64,000 nt of DNA from a bacterium (lineage in GTDB: Bacteria; Bacillota_I; Bacilli_A; Izemoplasmatales; UBA1188), in the NCBI GenBank assembly GCA_017960565.1, contig JAGCYY010000009.1:70874-134873 (forward strand), read 5' to 3'. The notes beneath the pieces are model-generated. The model did no database searches, had not been told where the DNA came from, and worked only from the letters and a program-made list of their open reading frames with translations. The stretch's first letter is position 1. Each line of letters opens with the position of its first letter. Both the position numbers and the translations under genes were made by a program. Positions 54,548 through 63,630 of this stretch are shown one piece after another.

Positions 54548-55723
54548 ATGATAATTACAATTGTTGCGGATGTACTTGGACAAGAAAATAATGGCACTAC
54601 TATCGTCTGTATGAATCTTGTAAGATATTTAAAATCAAGAGGCGATGAAGTTAGAATTTTAACATCAGATAAAGATAAAGCGGGTATGGAAGGATATTAT
54701 ATAGTTCCAGTTTACAATCTAGGTTTTATTTTAAATTATATGCTTAAAATCAATAATGTTGAACTTGCAAAACCTGATAAACGCATAATTAAAGAAGCTT
54801 TAACTGGATCTGATTTATGTCACGTGATTATTCCGTTTGCGCTTGGAATTCAAGCAGCGAAAATGGCAAGAGAGATGAATATACCGCTTACTTGTGGTTT
54901 TCATTGTCAAGCAGAGAATTTTACATCTCATTTATTTTTGATGAATTCTAGATTGGCAAACTATCTTACATATTTTGTGCACTATCATAAGCTTTATAAG
55001 TTTGCAGATGCAATCCATTATCCAACTAAATTTATCAAAGATTATTTTGAAAAAACAATCAATGTAAAAACTAATGGCTATGTAATATCGAATGGTGTAA
55101 ATGATATATTTAAACCAACTAAACAAGAAATAAAGGAAAATGATGATATTTATCGTGTACTTTATATTGGAAGATATTCAAGAGAAAAAAGCCATAATGT
55201 ATTAATAAAAGCTATAGCTAAATCAAAATATAAAGACAAGATAGAACTAATACTCGCTGGACAAGGGCCAAAAGAAAAACAAATTAAAAAACTCGCAAAG
55301 AAATTAAAAATAAATTGTCCAATCATGAAGTTTTATTCTCGGGAGAGACTCGTTGATGTGATCAATTCTTCTACTATCTATTGTCACGTTGCTGAAGTCG
55401 AAATTGAAGCTATTTCTTGTCTTGAAGCTATTTCTTGTGGGTTAGTTCCAATCATCGCAAATTCAAAAAGAAGCGCTACAAAAGCATTTGCGCTAGATAA
55501 TAGGTCTTTATTTAAAGTCAATGATTCAGCTGATCTTGCAAGAAAGATTGATTATTTACTAGAACATAAAGATGAGAGAATGGAATTAAAAGAAAAATAT
55601 CTTAGTGTTATAGATAAATATGATCAAACAGAATGTATGAACAAAATGAGAGAAATGATGGTGGAGGTTATCAATGAAAAAAGGAGAAAGAGTAATCTAT
55701 TACAGGAATTCTCTTACAGATGA
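54548..55723 (+). CDS. Glycosyltransferase family 4 (probable membrane glycolipid synthase)
   Basis: GT-B fold pattern with EX7E motif EIEAISCLEAISCG. N-terminal ADVLGQENNGTTIV. GGGGGAAT RBS region. The glycolipid role is inferred from the acyltransferase neighbour. Confidence 0.8.
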   Translation: MIITIVADVLGQENNGTTIVCMNLVRYLKSRGDEVRILTSDKDKAGMEGYYIVPVYNLGFILNYMLKINNVELAKPDKRIIKEALTGSDLCHVIIPFALGIQAAKMAREMNIPLTCGFHCQAENFTSHLFLMNSRLANYLTYFVHYHKLYKFADAIHYPTKFIKDYFEKTINVKTNGYVISNGVNDIFKPTKQEIKENDDIYRVLYIGRYSREKSHNVLIKAIAKSKYKDKIELILAGQGPKEKQIKKLAKKLKINCPIMKFYSRERLVDVINSSTIYCHVAEVEIEAISCLEAISCGLVPIIANSKRSATKAFALDNRSLFKVNDSADLARKIDYLLEHKDERMELKEKYLSVIDKYDQTECMNKMREMMVEVINEKRRKSNLLQEFSYR

Positions 55724-56465
55724 TTTTGCCGGAACAAATATCAAACAAAAGAAAATAGATAATAAATACATCTATTACCCTAAAAATATCTTTTTTAAGT
55801 TCTTCTCTTTTCTTCTATATTATGTATTCGCAAAATTCTTAGTATTTTTGATGGTAAAAATCATTTATCATCAAAAATTCGTGAATAAAAAACTCTTAAG
55901 AAAAGAAAAAAATAGACCGATAATGATCTATGGAAACCATACACAAACAATGCTTGATGCCTATGTCCCAAATTTATTAAGACTTAAAAAGAATTATATA
56001 ATAGTAAATCCAGATGCAGTGAGTATTAGAGGTGTTAGGGGGATTGTAAAGGCGCTTGGTGGTATACCACTTCCAAATACTAAAGAATCAGTAAAAAATT
56101 ATAAGGATGCATTAGAAAATATTATCAAAAGCAATAATTCAATAACCATCTTTCCTGAAGCTCATATTTGGCCATATTATACTAAGATAAGAGACTTTAA
56201 AGAACAATCCTTTAGATATCCTGTCGATTATAATATCCCTGTATATTCCTTAGTAACTGTCTATGTAAGAAGCAAGTGTTTCTATCGCAAAAGACCACGT
56301 GCACTATCTGTCATCTCTGGCCCTTTTTATAAAGATGATAATCTATCTAGAATAGATGCAATAAAAGATTTGAGAGATAGAGTATATGAATCGATGGTGA
56401 ATGTATCAAATAGTTATAATCAGGTTGAATATATCAAATATGTCGAAATAAAAGAGAACGAATAA
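55674..56465 (+). CDS. PlsC-type lysophospholipid acyltransferase
   Basis: HX4D-type NHTQTMLD and FPEAHIW. An N-terminal TM segment. Overlaps the GT4 gene by 50 nt. Confidence 0.7.
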   Translation: MKKGERVIYYRNSLTDDFAGTNIKQKKIDNKYIYYPKNIFFKFFSFLLYYVFAKFLVFLMVKIIYHQKFVNKKLLRKEKNRPIMIYGNHTQTMLDAYVPNLLRLKKNYIIVNPDAVSIRGVRGIVKALGGIPLPNTKESVKNYKDALENIIKSNNSITIFPEAHIWPYYTKIRDFKEQSFRYPVDYNIPVYSLVTVYVRSKCFYRKRPRALSVISGPFYKDDNLSRIDAIKDLRDRVYESMVNVSNSYNQVEYIKYVEIKENE

Positions 56466-56484
56466 ACCATTCGTTCTCTTTTTC
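56452..56484 (+). terminator. Rho-independent terminator after the acyltransferase gene
   Basis: aagagaacgaa/taaacca/ttcgttctctt + tttc. The stop codon lies in the loop. Confidence 0.8.
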
Positions 56485-56498
56485 TTAATCTACTATTT

Positions 56499-56720
56499 CT
56501 AACGTTTAAATGCTGAAAATAAGAATAAAGATAATAAGAATACAGCTCCACCACCAATAATAAATGGCAAAGCAAAATTGCCATATGTAGCGTTTTCAAG
56601 CAAAGCTAAGCCTACTACTAAAACCATTAAAGCGATTGATGCGAGAAGACAAAGCAATGTCAATTTAAAATTAGATGATGCAGAATGTGATCTTTTTAAA
56701 GAATCTTGTTCGTTAGCCAT
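56499..56720 (-). CDS. Hypothetical small membrane protein (2 TM)
   Basis: 73 aa with two hydrophobic helices. No family recognised. Confidence 0.5.
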   Translation of the reverse strand: MANEQDSLKRSHSASSNFKLTLLCLLASIALMVLVVGLALLENATYGNFALPFIIGGGAVFLLSLFLFSAFKR

Positions 56721-56729
56721 ATTCCCCTC

Positions 56730-57023
56730 CTAGAATGCAAGTAACACTAATAGAGCTAGCGTTGCTGCTTGAGTTAATAAAGAAAAATAAATTACAATGC
56801 TAAAATATACTTTATCTGTTTTGTGATGAGCGAGTATTCTACCTAATAAAGCACCAAGTGCACCAAAAAATACAGCATAAAATAATAATGTTTTTTCTTT
56901 TGTTCTTTCTTTTTGCTTAACTGCAAGTTTTTTATCTCTGAAGTATGCCATAAGTGCAACTAAAGACATAATAACTACTAAACCAGCATAAGCGATTAGA
57001 ATTATTTGGTTTAATGTCATCAA
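56730..57023 (-). CDS. DUF1294 family membrane protein
   Basis: YFRDKKLAVKQKERTKEKTLLFYAVFFGALGALLGRILAHHKTDKVYF matches the DUF1294 pattern (DK..A......R..E..L........G...... HKT.K..F). Confidence 0.8.
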   Translation of the reverse strand: MMTLNQIILIAYAGLVVIMSLVALMAYFRDKKLAVKQKERTKEKTLLFYAVFFGALGALLGRILAHHKTDKVYFSIVIYFSLLTQAATLALLVLLAF

Positions 57024-57130
57024 AATATCTCCTTAAAAATTATTTTACATTATTATTTTATCATTAGTGATAAAAAAATATTCATTATTTTATCAATATT
57101 TAAATTTAAATAATAAAATCTATTTAAATA

Positions 57131-57157
57131 AAAGAAAAGAGATAAATAATTATCTCC
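57131..57157 (-). terminator. Rho-independent terminator ending the long minus-strand cluster
   Basis: Minus strand reads gagataa/ttat/ttatctc followed by TTTTCTTTT. Confidence 0.7.
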
Positions 57158-57170
57158 TTTCTACATATCA

Positions 57171-58655
57171 TTATTGAGCAGTGCCATTAGAATCAATATT
57201 ATCATTTGTTCTATATGGAACAGCTTCCGTAAATATTCCTGTATGATAACCATTGATTAATCTTACAAGCATATCATTTAGATATTCAACAGTTTTTGGC
57301 TCTTCTGTCGATGCAATTAAGTGCGATCCACCTATACCTGAGTCATCAGTTAAGAAACCATAAATGCCACCAGTTAGTATTGATTGTGATCTAAAGAAAT
57401 ATTCAGTTTTAGTATCGATTCCGCTTGATGCAACTGTAATTATTCTTACACCTTTTTCTGATAATTTAAGAGCACTTCTATTCCAATCATCAACATCTTT
57501 ATCATGACTTGGCGCATCCGCAACAAATAATAATATTTTAGTAGAACTCTCACTTGACCAATTTGATTTAGTAGCTTCATCAAGAGCGATTTCAACTGCT
57601 TCTTCAAAATCTCCACCACCGCTTGCTGAAAGTTTTGATAAGAATGTGTTTGCGTCGTTTAAATTTTCTGAAAAATTGAATGTTTTTGTTATATATTCAT
57701 CGCCTTTGTCTTTATAAGCGATTACTGATAATTTAAATCTTGTGTTTGGATTATCTTTTTTTATTCTATCTATTACATCTAATAACTCAGTTTGAAGATA
57801 TTTGATTTCATCGCCCATTGATCCTGTAGTATCTATAACTACCATAAGTTCAATTAGATCACTAAATTTTTCATTATTAGATTCATTGATGATATCTGTG
57901 TAATCTTTATCACCTGTAATAGTGTCTAATAGTGTCTTAGTTTCTCCTAAAACTGTTTTATATTCAAGCCTAATATTGTATTCAGTTTCATTGGTTTCTG
58001 AAAATATATAACATACACCATTTTTATTAGATACGCCTGTAAATGTAGGATTATTATTTTTTAACAAGCTTATTTTAACTTGAGTATCATTAGGCACAGT
58101 TATTTTAATCCTATTTAGAGTCTTAAAACTAAATTCGTCATAAAATATCTTGAATTTGCCTTCTTTTTGATCGCTTGTATAAGTTAAAAGTGATTTAAAA
58201 TAATCATATTCAATATTATCATCGACACAGCTTGAAGTTAATTGTGATGGGGTATAAATTGTTGAATTAGAAGAATCTTTATCGCCTATATAATCATCAT
58301 CGCTTCTTGAACTAGTTGATTCTGATATATAGTCAAATAATGAAAGACCTCCATCTTTTATGTCATAACCACTTATGACTTTTTCGAAAGTAGATGCCGG
58401 TGTAGAGCTATGATCTTCAGTCATTCCAGTACCGCTATCTTTAATTGATACTGATGCAATAATCGATAATGATACAACAAAGAGTATTAATACAGAAGAT
58501 AAGATAGGCGCTAATATTCTTATTAGCTTAAATCCAGCTGTTTTTCTCTGCTTTTTAGTAGTTTTTAAATCATATTCTTCGATTATGTTTTGTTTTAAAT
58601 TGTCATTTAATTTTGGTATTATTTCTTTTGATTTTCTAATTTTGTCTTCGTTCAT
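57171..58655 (-). CDS. Membrane-anchored von Willebrand factor A (vWA) domain protein; candidate anti-sigma partner
   Basis: Cytoplasmic N-terminus, single TM (LIRILAPILSSVLILFVVSLSIIASV), and an extracytoplasmic vWA domain with MIDAS VVIDTTGSMGDE. 4-nt overlap with the upstream sigma gene. Confidence 0.8.
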   Translation of the reverse strand: MNEDKIRKSKEIIPKLNDNLKQNIIEEYDLKTTKKQRKTAGFKLIRILAPILSSVLILFVVSLSIIASVSIKDSGTGMTEDHSSTPASTFEKVISGYDIKDGGLSLFDYISESTSSRSDDDYIGDKDSSNSTIYTPSQLTSSCVDDNIEYDYFKSLLTYTSDQKEGKFKIFYDEFSFKTLNRIKITVPNDTQVKISLLKNNNPTFTGVSNKNGVCYIFSETNETEYNIRLEYKTVLGETKTLLDTITGDKDYTDIINESNNEKFSDLIELMVVIDTTGSMGDEIKYLQTELLDVIDRIKKDNPNTRFKLSVIAYKDKGDEYITKTFNFSENLNDANTFLSKLSASGGGDFEEAVEIALDEATKSNWSSESSTKILLFVADAPSHDKDVDDWNRSALKLSEKGVRIITVASSGIDTKTEYFFRSQSILTGGIYGFLTDDSGIGGSHLIASTEEPKTVEYLNDMLVRLINGYHTGIFTEAVPYRTNDNIDSNGTAQ

Positions 58656-59140
58656 AATATGCCCCCTATTTTATTCCTAAGTTCTTCTTGGCCTCTTTTA
58701 AGACGCATTTTGACCGCAGATTCACCTATTTTTAAAGTTTTAGCGATCTCTTTAATTTTTAAATCATTATAATAATAAAGGACTATCACTATCTTTAGTT
58801 TTTCAGGAAGGGAAATTACTGAATCAAAGATAATTTTAGAATTTTCTAAATCGCAATAATTATCATAAGACTTAATAATATAATCGTCTTTAAGAGTTGT
58901 TGTTTTTGAGTTTTTCTTAATAAAATTAATACTTTTATTAATCGCTATACGAATTAAAAAATATTTGTATTCTACTAAGTTCTCAAATGAAGGAAATTTA
59001 TCAAGAAAAGATATGAAAGTATCTTGAAGTAAATCTTCACTATCATATTTATTTAGTACATATGAATATATGACATTAAAGATTTCTTTGCTGAAAGAAT
59101 CATATATTTTTTCAAAAAGTAATTCTTTTGATCTTTCCAT
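58652..59140 (-). CDS. ECF-type sigma-70 family RNA polymerase sigma factor
   Basis: Region 2 SEDLLQDTFISFLDK. Region 4 LPEKLKIVIVLYYYNDLKIKEIAKTLKIGESAVKMRLKRGQEEL. ATG at 59140 with a GAAGGGA RBS is preferred to GTG 59155. Confidence 0.85.
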   Translation of the reverse strand: MERSKELLFEKIYDSFSKEIFNVIYSYVLNKYDSEDLLQDTFISFLDKFPSFENLVEYKYFLIRIAINKSINFIKKNSKTTTLKDDYIIKSYDNYCDLENSKIIFDSVISLPEKLKIVIVLYYYNDLKIKEIAKTLKIGESAVKMRLKRGQEELRNKIGGIL

Positions 59141-59188
59141 TTTAATTCCCTTCACCTATAAAACAATTTAGGTTAATTAAAAGTCACA

Positions 59189-60031
59189 TTATTTTTTATG
59201 ATATTTTTTTGTTTCGTTTATATAACCACATCTTTTGCATAATTCTTCTTTTGGTGTATGGTTTGTAAAACCATCGTAGATTAATTTTGCCTTTGAAGAT
59301 GTGATGATATCATTAAAATCATTTTTATAAATATTGCCAAGATTTAATATGCCATCAGCATCTAAACAACATGGTACTACTGTGCCATCTACTAATATTC
59401 CTATTTGATCTCTTAAGGCGTGACAAAATGATTTTTCTTGATATGATTTATGATTCAAATCAGGCCAATCAAATTTATCATCTAAATCGATATATACTTT
59501 ATCGCTTATCTTATATCCAGATGATATTTTATTTATATCAGATTTGAATGAATCTATAATGTAGCTTATTATATAACTGTTTCTTGAGTTATTATATCCT
59601 AGGTTCCAAAGTCTTAAATTTACAATGGTGCCTTTCTTTATTATCTCTTTAGTAAAATTTATAATTGAATCCAGATAATTATTGATATTGGAATAATTGC
59701 TAGAATCTAATGAATGAAGTGATATATTGATTTTATAAGGACAACTTTCGATGAGCTTAGCATATGAATTAGATATTTTTGTTCCGTTTGTAGTTAATAT
59801 TGGAATAAATCCAAAATTTTTAGATATCGATATAAAATCAGATATGTTTTCGTGTAAGAGCGGTTCACCCATAAGATGAAAATATAGATATTTGATATTG
59901 CCTTTTAATTTATTTAAGATAACTAAAAAGTCCTCCATTTTCATCATCATTGGCGATCTATTCGTTTTATGGCAAAAATCACAGGACAAGTTACAAATAT
60001 TAGTAATTTCTAAATAACATCTATTAATCAT
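59189..60031 (-). CDS. Radical SAM/SPASM domain protein
   Basis: CNLSCDFC (CX3CX2C) near the N-terminus. C-terminal SPASM-like FCHALRDQIGILVDGTVVPCCLD...GNI...CKRCG. Confidence 0.85.
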   Translation of the reverse strand: MINRCYLEITNICNLSCDFCHKTNRSPMMMKMEDFLVILNKLKGNIKYLYFHLMGEPLLHENISDFISISKNFGFIPILTTNGTKISNSYAKLIESCPYKINISLHSLDSSNYSNINNYLDSIINFTKEIIKKGTIVNLRLWNLGYNNSRNSYIISYIIDSFKSDINKISSGYKISDKVYIDLDDKFDWPDLNHKSYQEKSFCHALRDQIGILVDGTVVPCCLDADGILNLGNIYKNDFNDIITSSKAKLIYDGFTNHTPKEELCKRCGYINETKKYHKK

Positions 60032-60033
60032 AA

Positions 60034-60558
60034 TTATTTATTTTTGATTTTTTTTATATATTTAAAGGTTTCTTTTTCACCTTTTTCTTTCAACATTATG
60101 AGCCATGATTCTATTAAATCAGCGGTTTCTTTATTCATATTATATTTTCCAGCGTGAGAAATAAAATATTCATAAGGTGAACCATCAGTATATTTATCTT
60201 TTAAATATGTTTTGGAAGCAGCGATTCTATCACAAAGCATCTCTTTTACATATCTAACTGGCATTGGATGAGCGATATATATTTTCTTATTCTTATCTAG
60301 ATCTGTCCAATATTCAAAATGATGTTTATTTCTTCCTTTATGATGCATCCAGACTGTGGAATAACCAATTTTCTCTCGTTCATATTCTGTGGGTGATTTA
60401 TCGCCTTTATAATATTTTGCGCTTGTGAAAAATTCTTTAAAGCTATATTTTGATAAATCATGAAAAAGACCTTGAAAACCAATGCCTGCTTTAAAACAAT
60501 ATTTCATGACGAGGTGTCTGTGATGGGTGATGGTAAAAAAGTGTTTTAATATTTTCAT
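60034..60558 (-). CDS. DUF5662-like His-rich protein (HD-related, tentative)
   Basis: THHRHLVMKYCFKAGIGFQGLFHDLSKYSFKEF...WMHHKGRNKHHFEYW. The family assignment is from memory of the pattern. Confidence 0.5.
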   Translation of the reverse strand: MKILKHFFTITHHRHLVMKYCFKAGIGFQGLFHDLSKYSFKEFFTSAKYYKGDKSPTEYEREKIGYSTVWMHHKGRNKHHFEYWTDLDKNKKIYIAHPMPVRYVKEMLCDRIAASKTYLKDKYTDGSPYEYFISHAGKYNMNKETADLIESWLIMLKEKGEKETFKYIKKIKNK

Positions 60559-60560
60559 TT

Positions 60561-61409
60561 TTAATAATAAGTTATGATTTCTTTTAATTCTTTCGATTCA
60601 TTTTTATCAAGAGCGATTATGCCATCTTTATCTTTAAAATTTAGATCTATAGTTTCTTTGGAATCTAAGATATTGTGCCAAGGTTCCATGCAGATCATAT
60701 TTGCATCTTTTGGATGCCAAAATAAAATATATGGGAAATCATGAAATTCTATAGACGCAAGAATAGTACCATCTTTTTTGATAAGGGTGGCTTTTTTAGA
60801 TTTTAAATTTCTAAATATCAATGTTTTGGCATCATCAATATAATTTGTGCTTAGATCCAAGATACCATTTTTTGATAATAGTATTTTTTCACCTGTTAGA
60901 AGTGGAGTTCTATCATTAATTTCATTTATCAGCTCTTCTTCATATTCAAATTCGATGAGATAATTATCAATCTTAGAATCAAGACTAAATGATGTGTGAG
61001 AGCCTACAGAATAATACATTTTAGTATCATCATTGTTTTTGACGATATATGAGATTTTTATAGAATTATCAATTAGTTCATAAGATATTATTAATTCAAA
61101 GTGATAAGGAAATAATTTAAAAGTGTCTTTATTATCTTTAAGAATGAATGAAATTTTATTATTCTCTTTATTTAATAATACAAATTCGCACCTTCTTGCG
61201 AATCCATGTTGAAGAAGTGGGTAAATGACATTATCTATTTTAACTTGAATTTTTCCACAAATTGGAAAAAGGACTGGTGCATGACCGCTCCATGAACCAT
61301 TGTCGTTTTGCCACAATCTCTCTTTTTTATTGTGAATGATACTAACCATTTCAGCACCGAGAGAATTGAATTTTATACATATATTTTCATTCTTCAGAAT
61401 ATATTCCAT
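60561..61409 (-). CDS. Aldose 1-epimerase family protein
   Basis: LGAEMVSI...LWQNDNGSWSGHAPVLFPICGKI and HGFARR motifs typical of the GalM/LacX-like mutarotase fold. Confidence 0.8.
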   Translation of the reverse strand: MEYILKNENICIKFNSLGAEMVSIIHNKKERLWQNDNGSWSGHAPVLFPICGKIQVKIDNVIYPLLQHGFARRCEFVLLNKENNKISFILKDNKDTFKLFPYHFELIISYELIDNSIKISYIVKNNDDTKMYYSVGSHTSFSLDSKIDNYLIEFEYEEELINEINDRTPLLTGEKILLSKNGILDLSTNYIDDAKTLIFRNLKSKKATLIKKDGTILASIEFHDFPYILFWHPKDANMICMEPWHNILDSKETIDLNFKDKDGIIALDKNESKELKEIITYY

Positions 61410-61411
61410 AT

Positions 61412-61942
61412 TTATTCCACCAACTTAATAAAATTTTCTCTTGAAAGTTCATAATCGACACTTGAATTGAGATTGTCAAGAGCGTCCTTAAAAGAATCAT
61501 AATTGATTCTTATGAGCTTGAAACCTAAAAGTTCATATACATGCCTACTTCTAGCATTATTTAAATTAGTATCTAATATTATCTTTTTAGCTTCTTTTAC
61601 TTCAAATAGGTTTTCGATAAATAGACTTAATGCAGTTCTACCAATGTGCTTGTTTTGGTAAGATGAATCACAGATCTTTATTCCGATTTCATATATATCA
61701 TTATCGTGGTACCTATAATGCATCTCGCCAATCGGGAGATTATCAAAAACGATTATATGTCTTAAAACTACCTTATCACTTTTATTTGATATCAATTCTT
61801 CGATCTCTTGATAAGATATATTTAGTCCATTTGGAAAGCCTGCATGTGCCATCACTTCTCCATCATTCCACCATTTAAATAGAATATCTGAATCAGAAAT
61901 GTTTGCTTCTCTAATTTTTAGTTTATTGTGTTTAATATTCAT
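61412..61942 (-). CDS. GNAT family N-acetyltransferase
   Basis: LKIREANISDSDILFKWWND... and the core YQNKHIGRTALSLFIENLFE...NNARSRHVYELLGF. Confidence 0.8.
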   Translation of the reverse strand: MNIKHNKLKIREANISDSDILFKWWNDGEVMAHAGFPNGLNISYQEIEELISNKSDKVVLRHIIVFDNLPIGEMHYRYHDNDIYEIGIKICDSSYQNKHIGRTALSLFIENLFEVKEAKKIILDTNLNNARSRHVYELLGFKLIRINYDSFKDALDNLNSSVDYELSRENFIKLVE

Positions 61943-61951
61943 CTATTCTTT

Positions 61952-62602
61952 TTATTCATATCCTTCTTCTGTGAATTTCTTTCTGATGTAGAAAATATTA
62001 GAAATAAATCTTTCGATAATATGACCTACAATACAATAAATTATGGCATCAGTGAAGAAATATACATGACCAACAAGAAGTGAGAATATTACTGATGATA
62101 AAACTTTAATGGCAATTGACTTATAGTTCTTATCTTTATTGATGATTGATTCGATGATGATTCCAATCGCAAGCACTACTGCGGTAATCACTACTGCATG
62201 TTTAGCTTCAAGATTGAATACTACTAGCATTATTACTAAGAAATTTTGCATCATCATTCTTTCTGGAATTTCCATAAAGCCACCATGAAGACATCTCATA
62301 GATAGTTCCATTGGTTCAATCTTACTTTGTGATGGAGAAAATACAATAGTTAATGCTGAAGATACGGCGACAGCGAGTAATATTGCACCCCAGTATTCAA
62401 GATCAAGCATGTTTTCAAAATGAAGACTCCAGTTATTCTTGATTGCTAAGATAACGATTGTAGGAACGATAGATGCGATAAGAGGGACGAAATATGATAA
62501 GATTTTTTTATCTTTTACAAGATATTTTTTTGTGATGAAAGATAATAAATAATATATAGCCCAAAGAGCGATTCCAATTAATCCAGTTACAATGTATAGC
62601 AT
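61952..62602 (-). CDS. Polytopic membrane protein (possibly CPBP-type intramembrane protease family)
   Basis: 6-7 TM segments. Weak CPBP-like motifs EIPER, FSLLVGH and GHIIERF. Low-confidence family call. Confidence 0.4.
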   Translation of the reverse strand: MLYIVTGLIGIALWAIYYLLSFITKKYLVKDKKILSYFVPLIASIVPTIVILAIKNNWSLHFENMLDLEYWGAILLAVAVSSALTIVFSPSQSKIEPMELSMRCLHGGFMEIPERMMMQNFLVIMLVVFNLEAKHAVVITAVVLAIGIIIESIINKDKNYKSIAIKVLSSVIFSLLVGHVYFFTDAIIYCIVGHIIERFISNIFYIRKKFTEEGYE

Positions 62603-62616
62603 TTTAAGTAAACTCC

Positions 62617-63615
62617 TTATTGATTATAGTCATCTAATCCTTTTGATTCTTCACGTTGAGAATCGATAAAATCATCCATGTTGACTGGTTTTGATTTTAC
62701 TGGTTCTACTGGTTTATTGATAACGATTTGTGGAAATGGAATGTTGACATTGTTCTTATCGAAGATGAGTTTTAAGCATCTATTCATATCACGTTGAACT
62801 TGATATTTATCTTCTTCTTTGCATTCGGCGATAAGTTTGATTATAACGGAATTGTCACCTAATTCTTCAACGCCTTTATAATAAGGACCATTTACGATTG
62901 CTGGAATTCTATCGTTGAAGAAATGAAGATTGGTTTCAATTATCTTTTCAACTCTTTCGATTGATTCTTGATAATCGATACCGCATGTACAAATAGCGAT
63001 AGATAATTCTTTGGTATTGTTTATTATATTAGATATTGAGCTATTGTTTACAATATTCACATTTCCAGCTGCATCTATGATCTTAGTAGTTCTAATGCCG
63101 ATGGTTTGAACTGTGCCTCTCCAGCCGTTTATAACTACGACATCACCGACTTTGAAATCGCCTTCAAAGACAATAAATAAGCCAGCGACGATATCACTAA
63201 TTAGTGTTTGACAACCAAGACCTATTACTAAAGATAATATTCCTGCACTCGCAATCAATGTTGAAGTATCAACGCCAAATGCTGATAAAACAATCAATAT
63301 TATCGCAATTGCGACAATGTAATTTGCGAGTGATAATATTAGATCACATAATGTTCTAGCTTTTTGATTTTTAGTTGTTAAGAGGCCAGTAATGTATTTT
63401 ACAAATACATATATACCAAGAATCATGAGTATGATCATCACACTTCTTAGTATAATTTCTGGCGCAGTTAGTTTTGATGATTCATCAAATAATGAATAAA
63501 AGAATGAGTCATCTGTGAAGAATGATTCTCGGCCTAGAATAAGAACGAGTAAAGTAAGTCCTACTAAACCAAGCACGCATTTAATTATTATACTTACTAT
63601 TCCTTTTGTTTTCAT
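62617..63615 (-). CDS. Mechanosensitive ion channel (MscS family)
   Basis: Three TM segments followed by DFKVGDVVVINGWRGTVQTIGIRTTKI, the MscS beta-domain signature. Confidence 0.9.
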   Translation of the reverse strand: MKTKGIVSIIIKCVLGLVGLTLLVLILGRESFFTDDSFFYSLFDESSKLTAPEIILRSVMIILMILGIYVFVKYITGLLTTKNQKARTLCDLILSLANYIVAIAIILIVLSAFGVDTSTLIASAGILSLVIGLGCQTLISDIVAGLFIVFEGDFKVGDVVVINGWRGTVQTIGIRTTKIIDAAGNVNIVNNSSISNIINNTKELSIAICTCGIDYQESIERVEKIIETNLHFFNDRIPAIVNGPYYKGVEELGDNSVIIKLIAECKEEDKYQVQRDMNRCLKLIFDKNNVNIPFPQIVINKPVEPVKSKPVNMDDFIDSQREESKGLDDYNQ

Positions 63616-63630
63616 AAAATTTATATCTCC

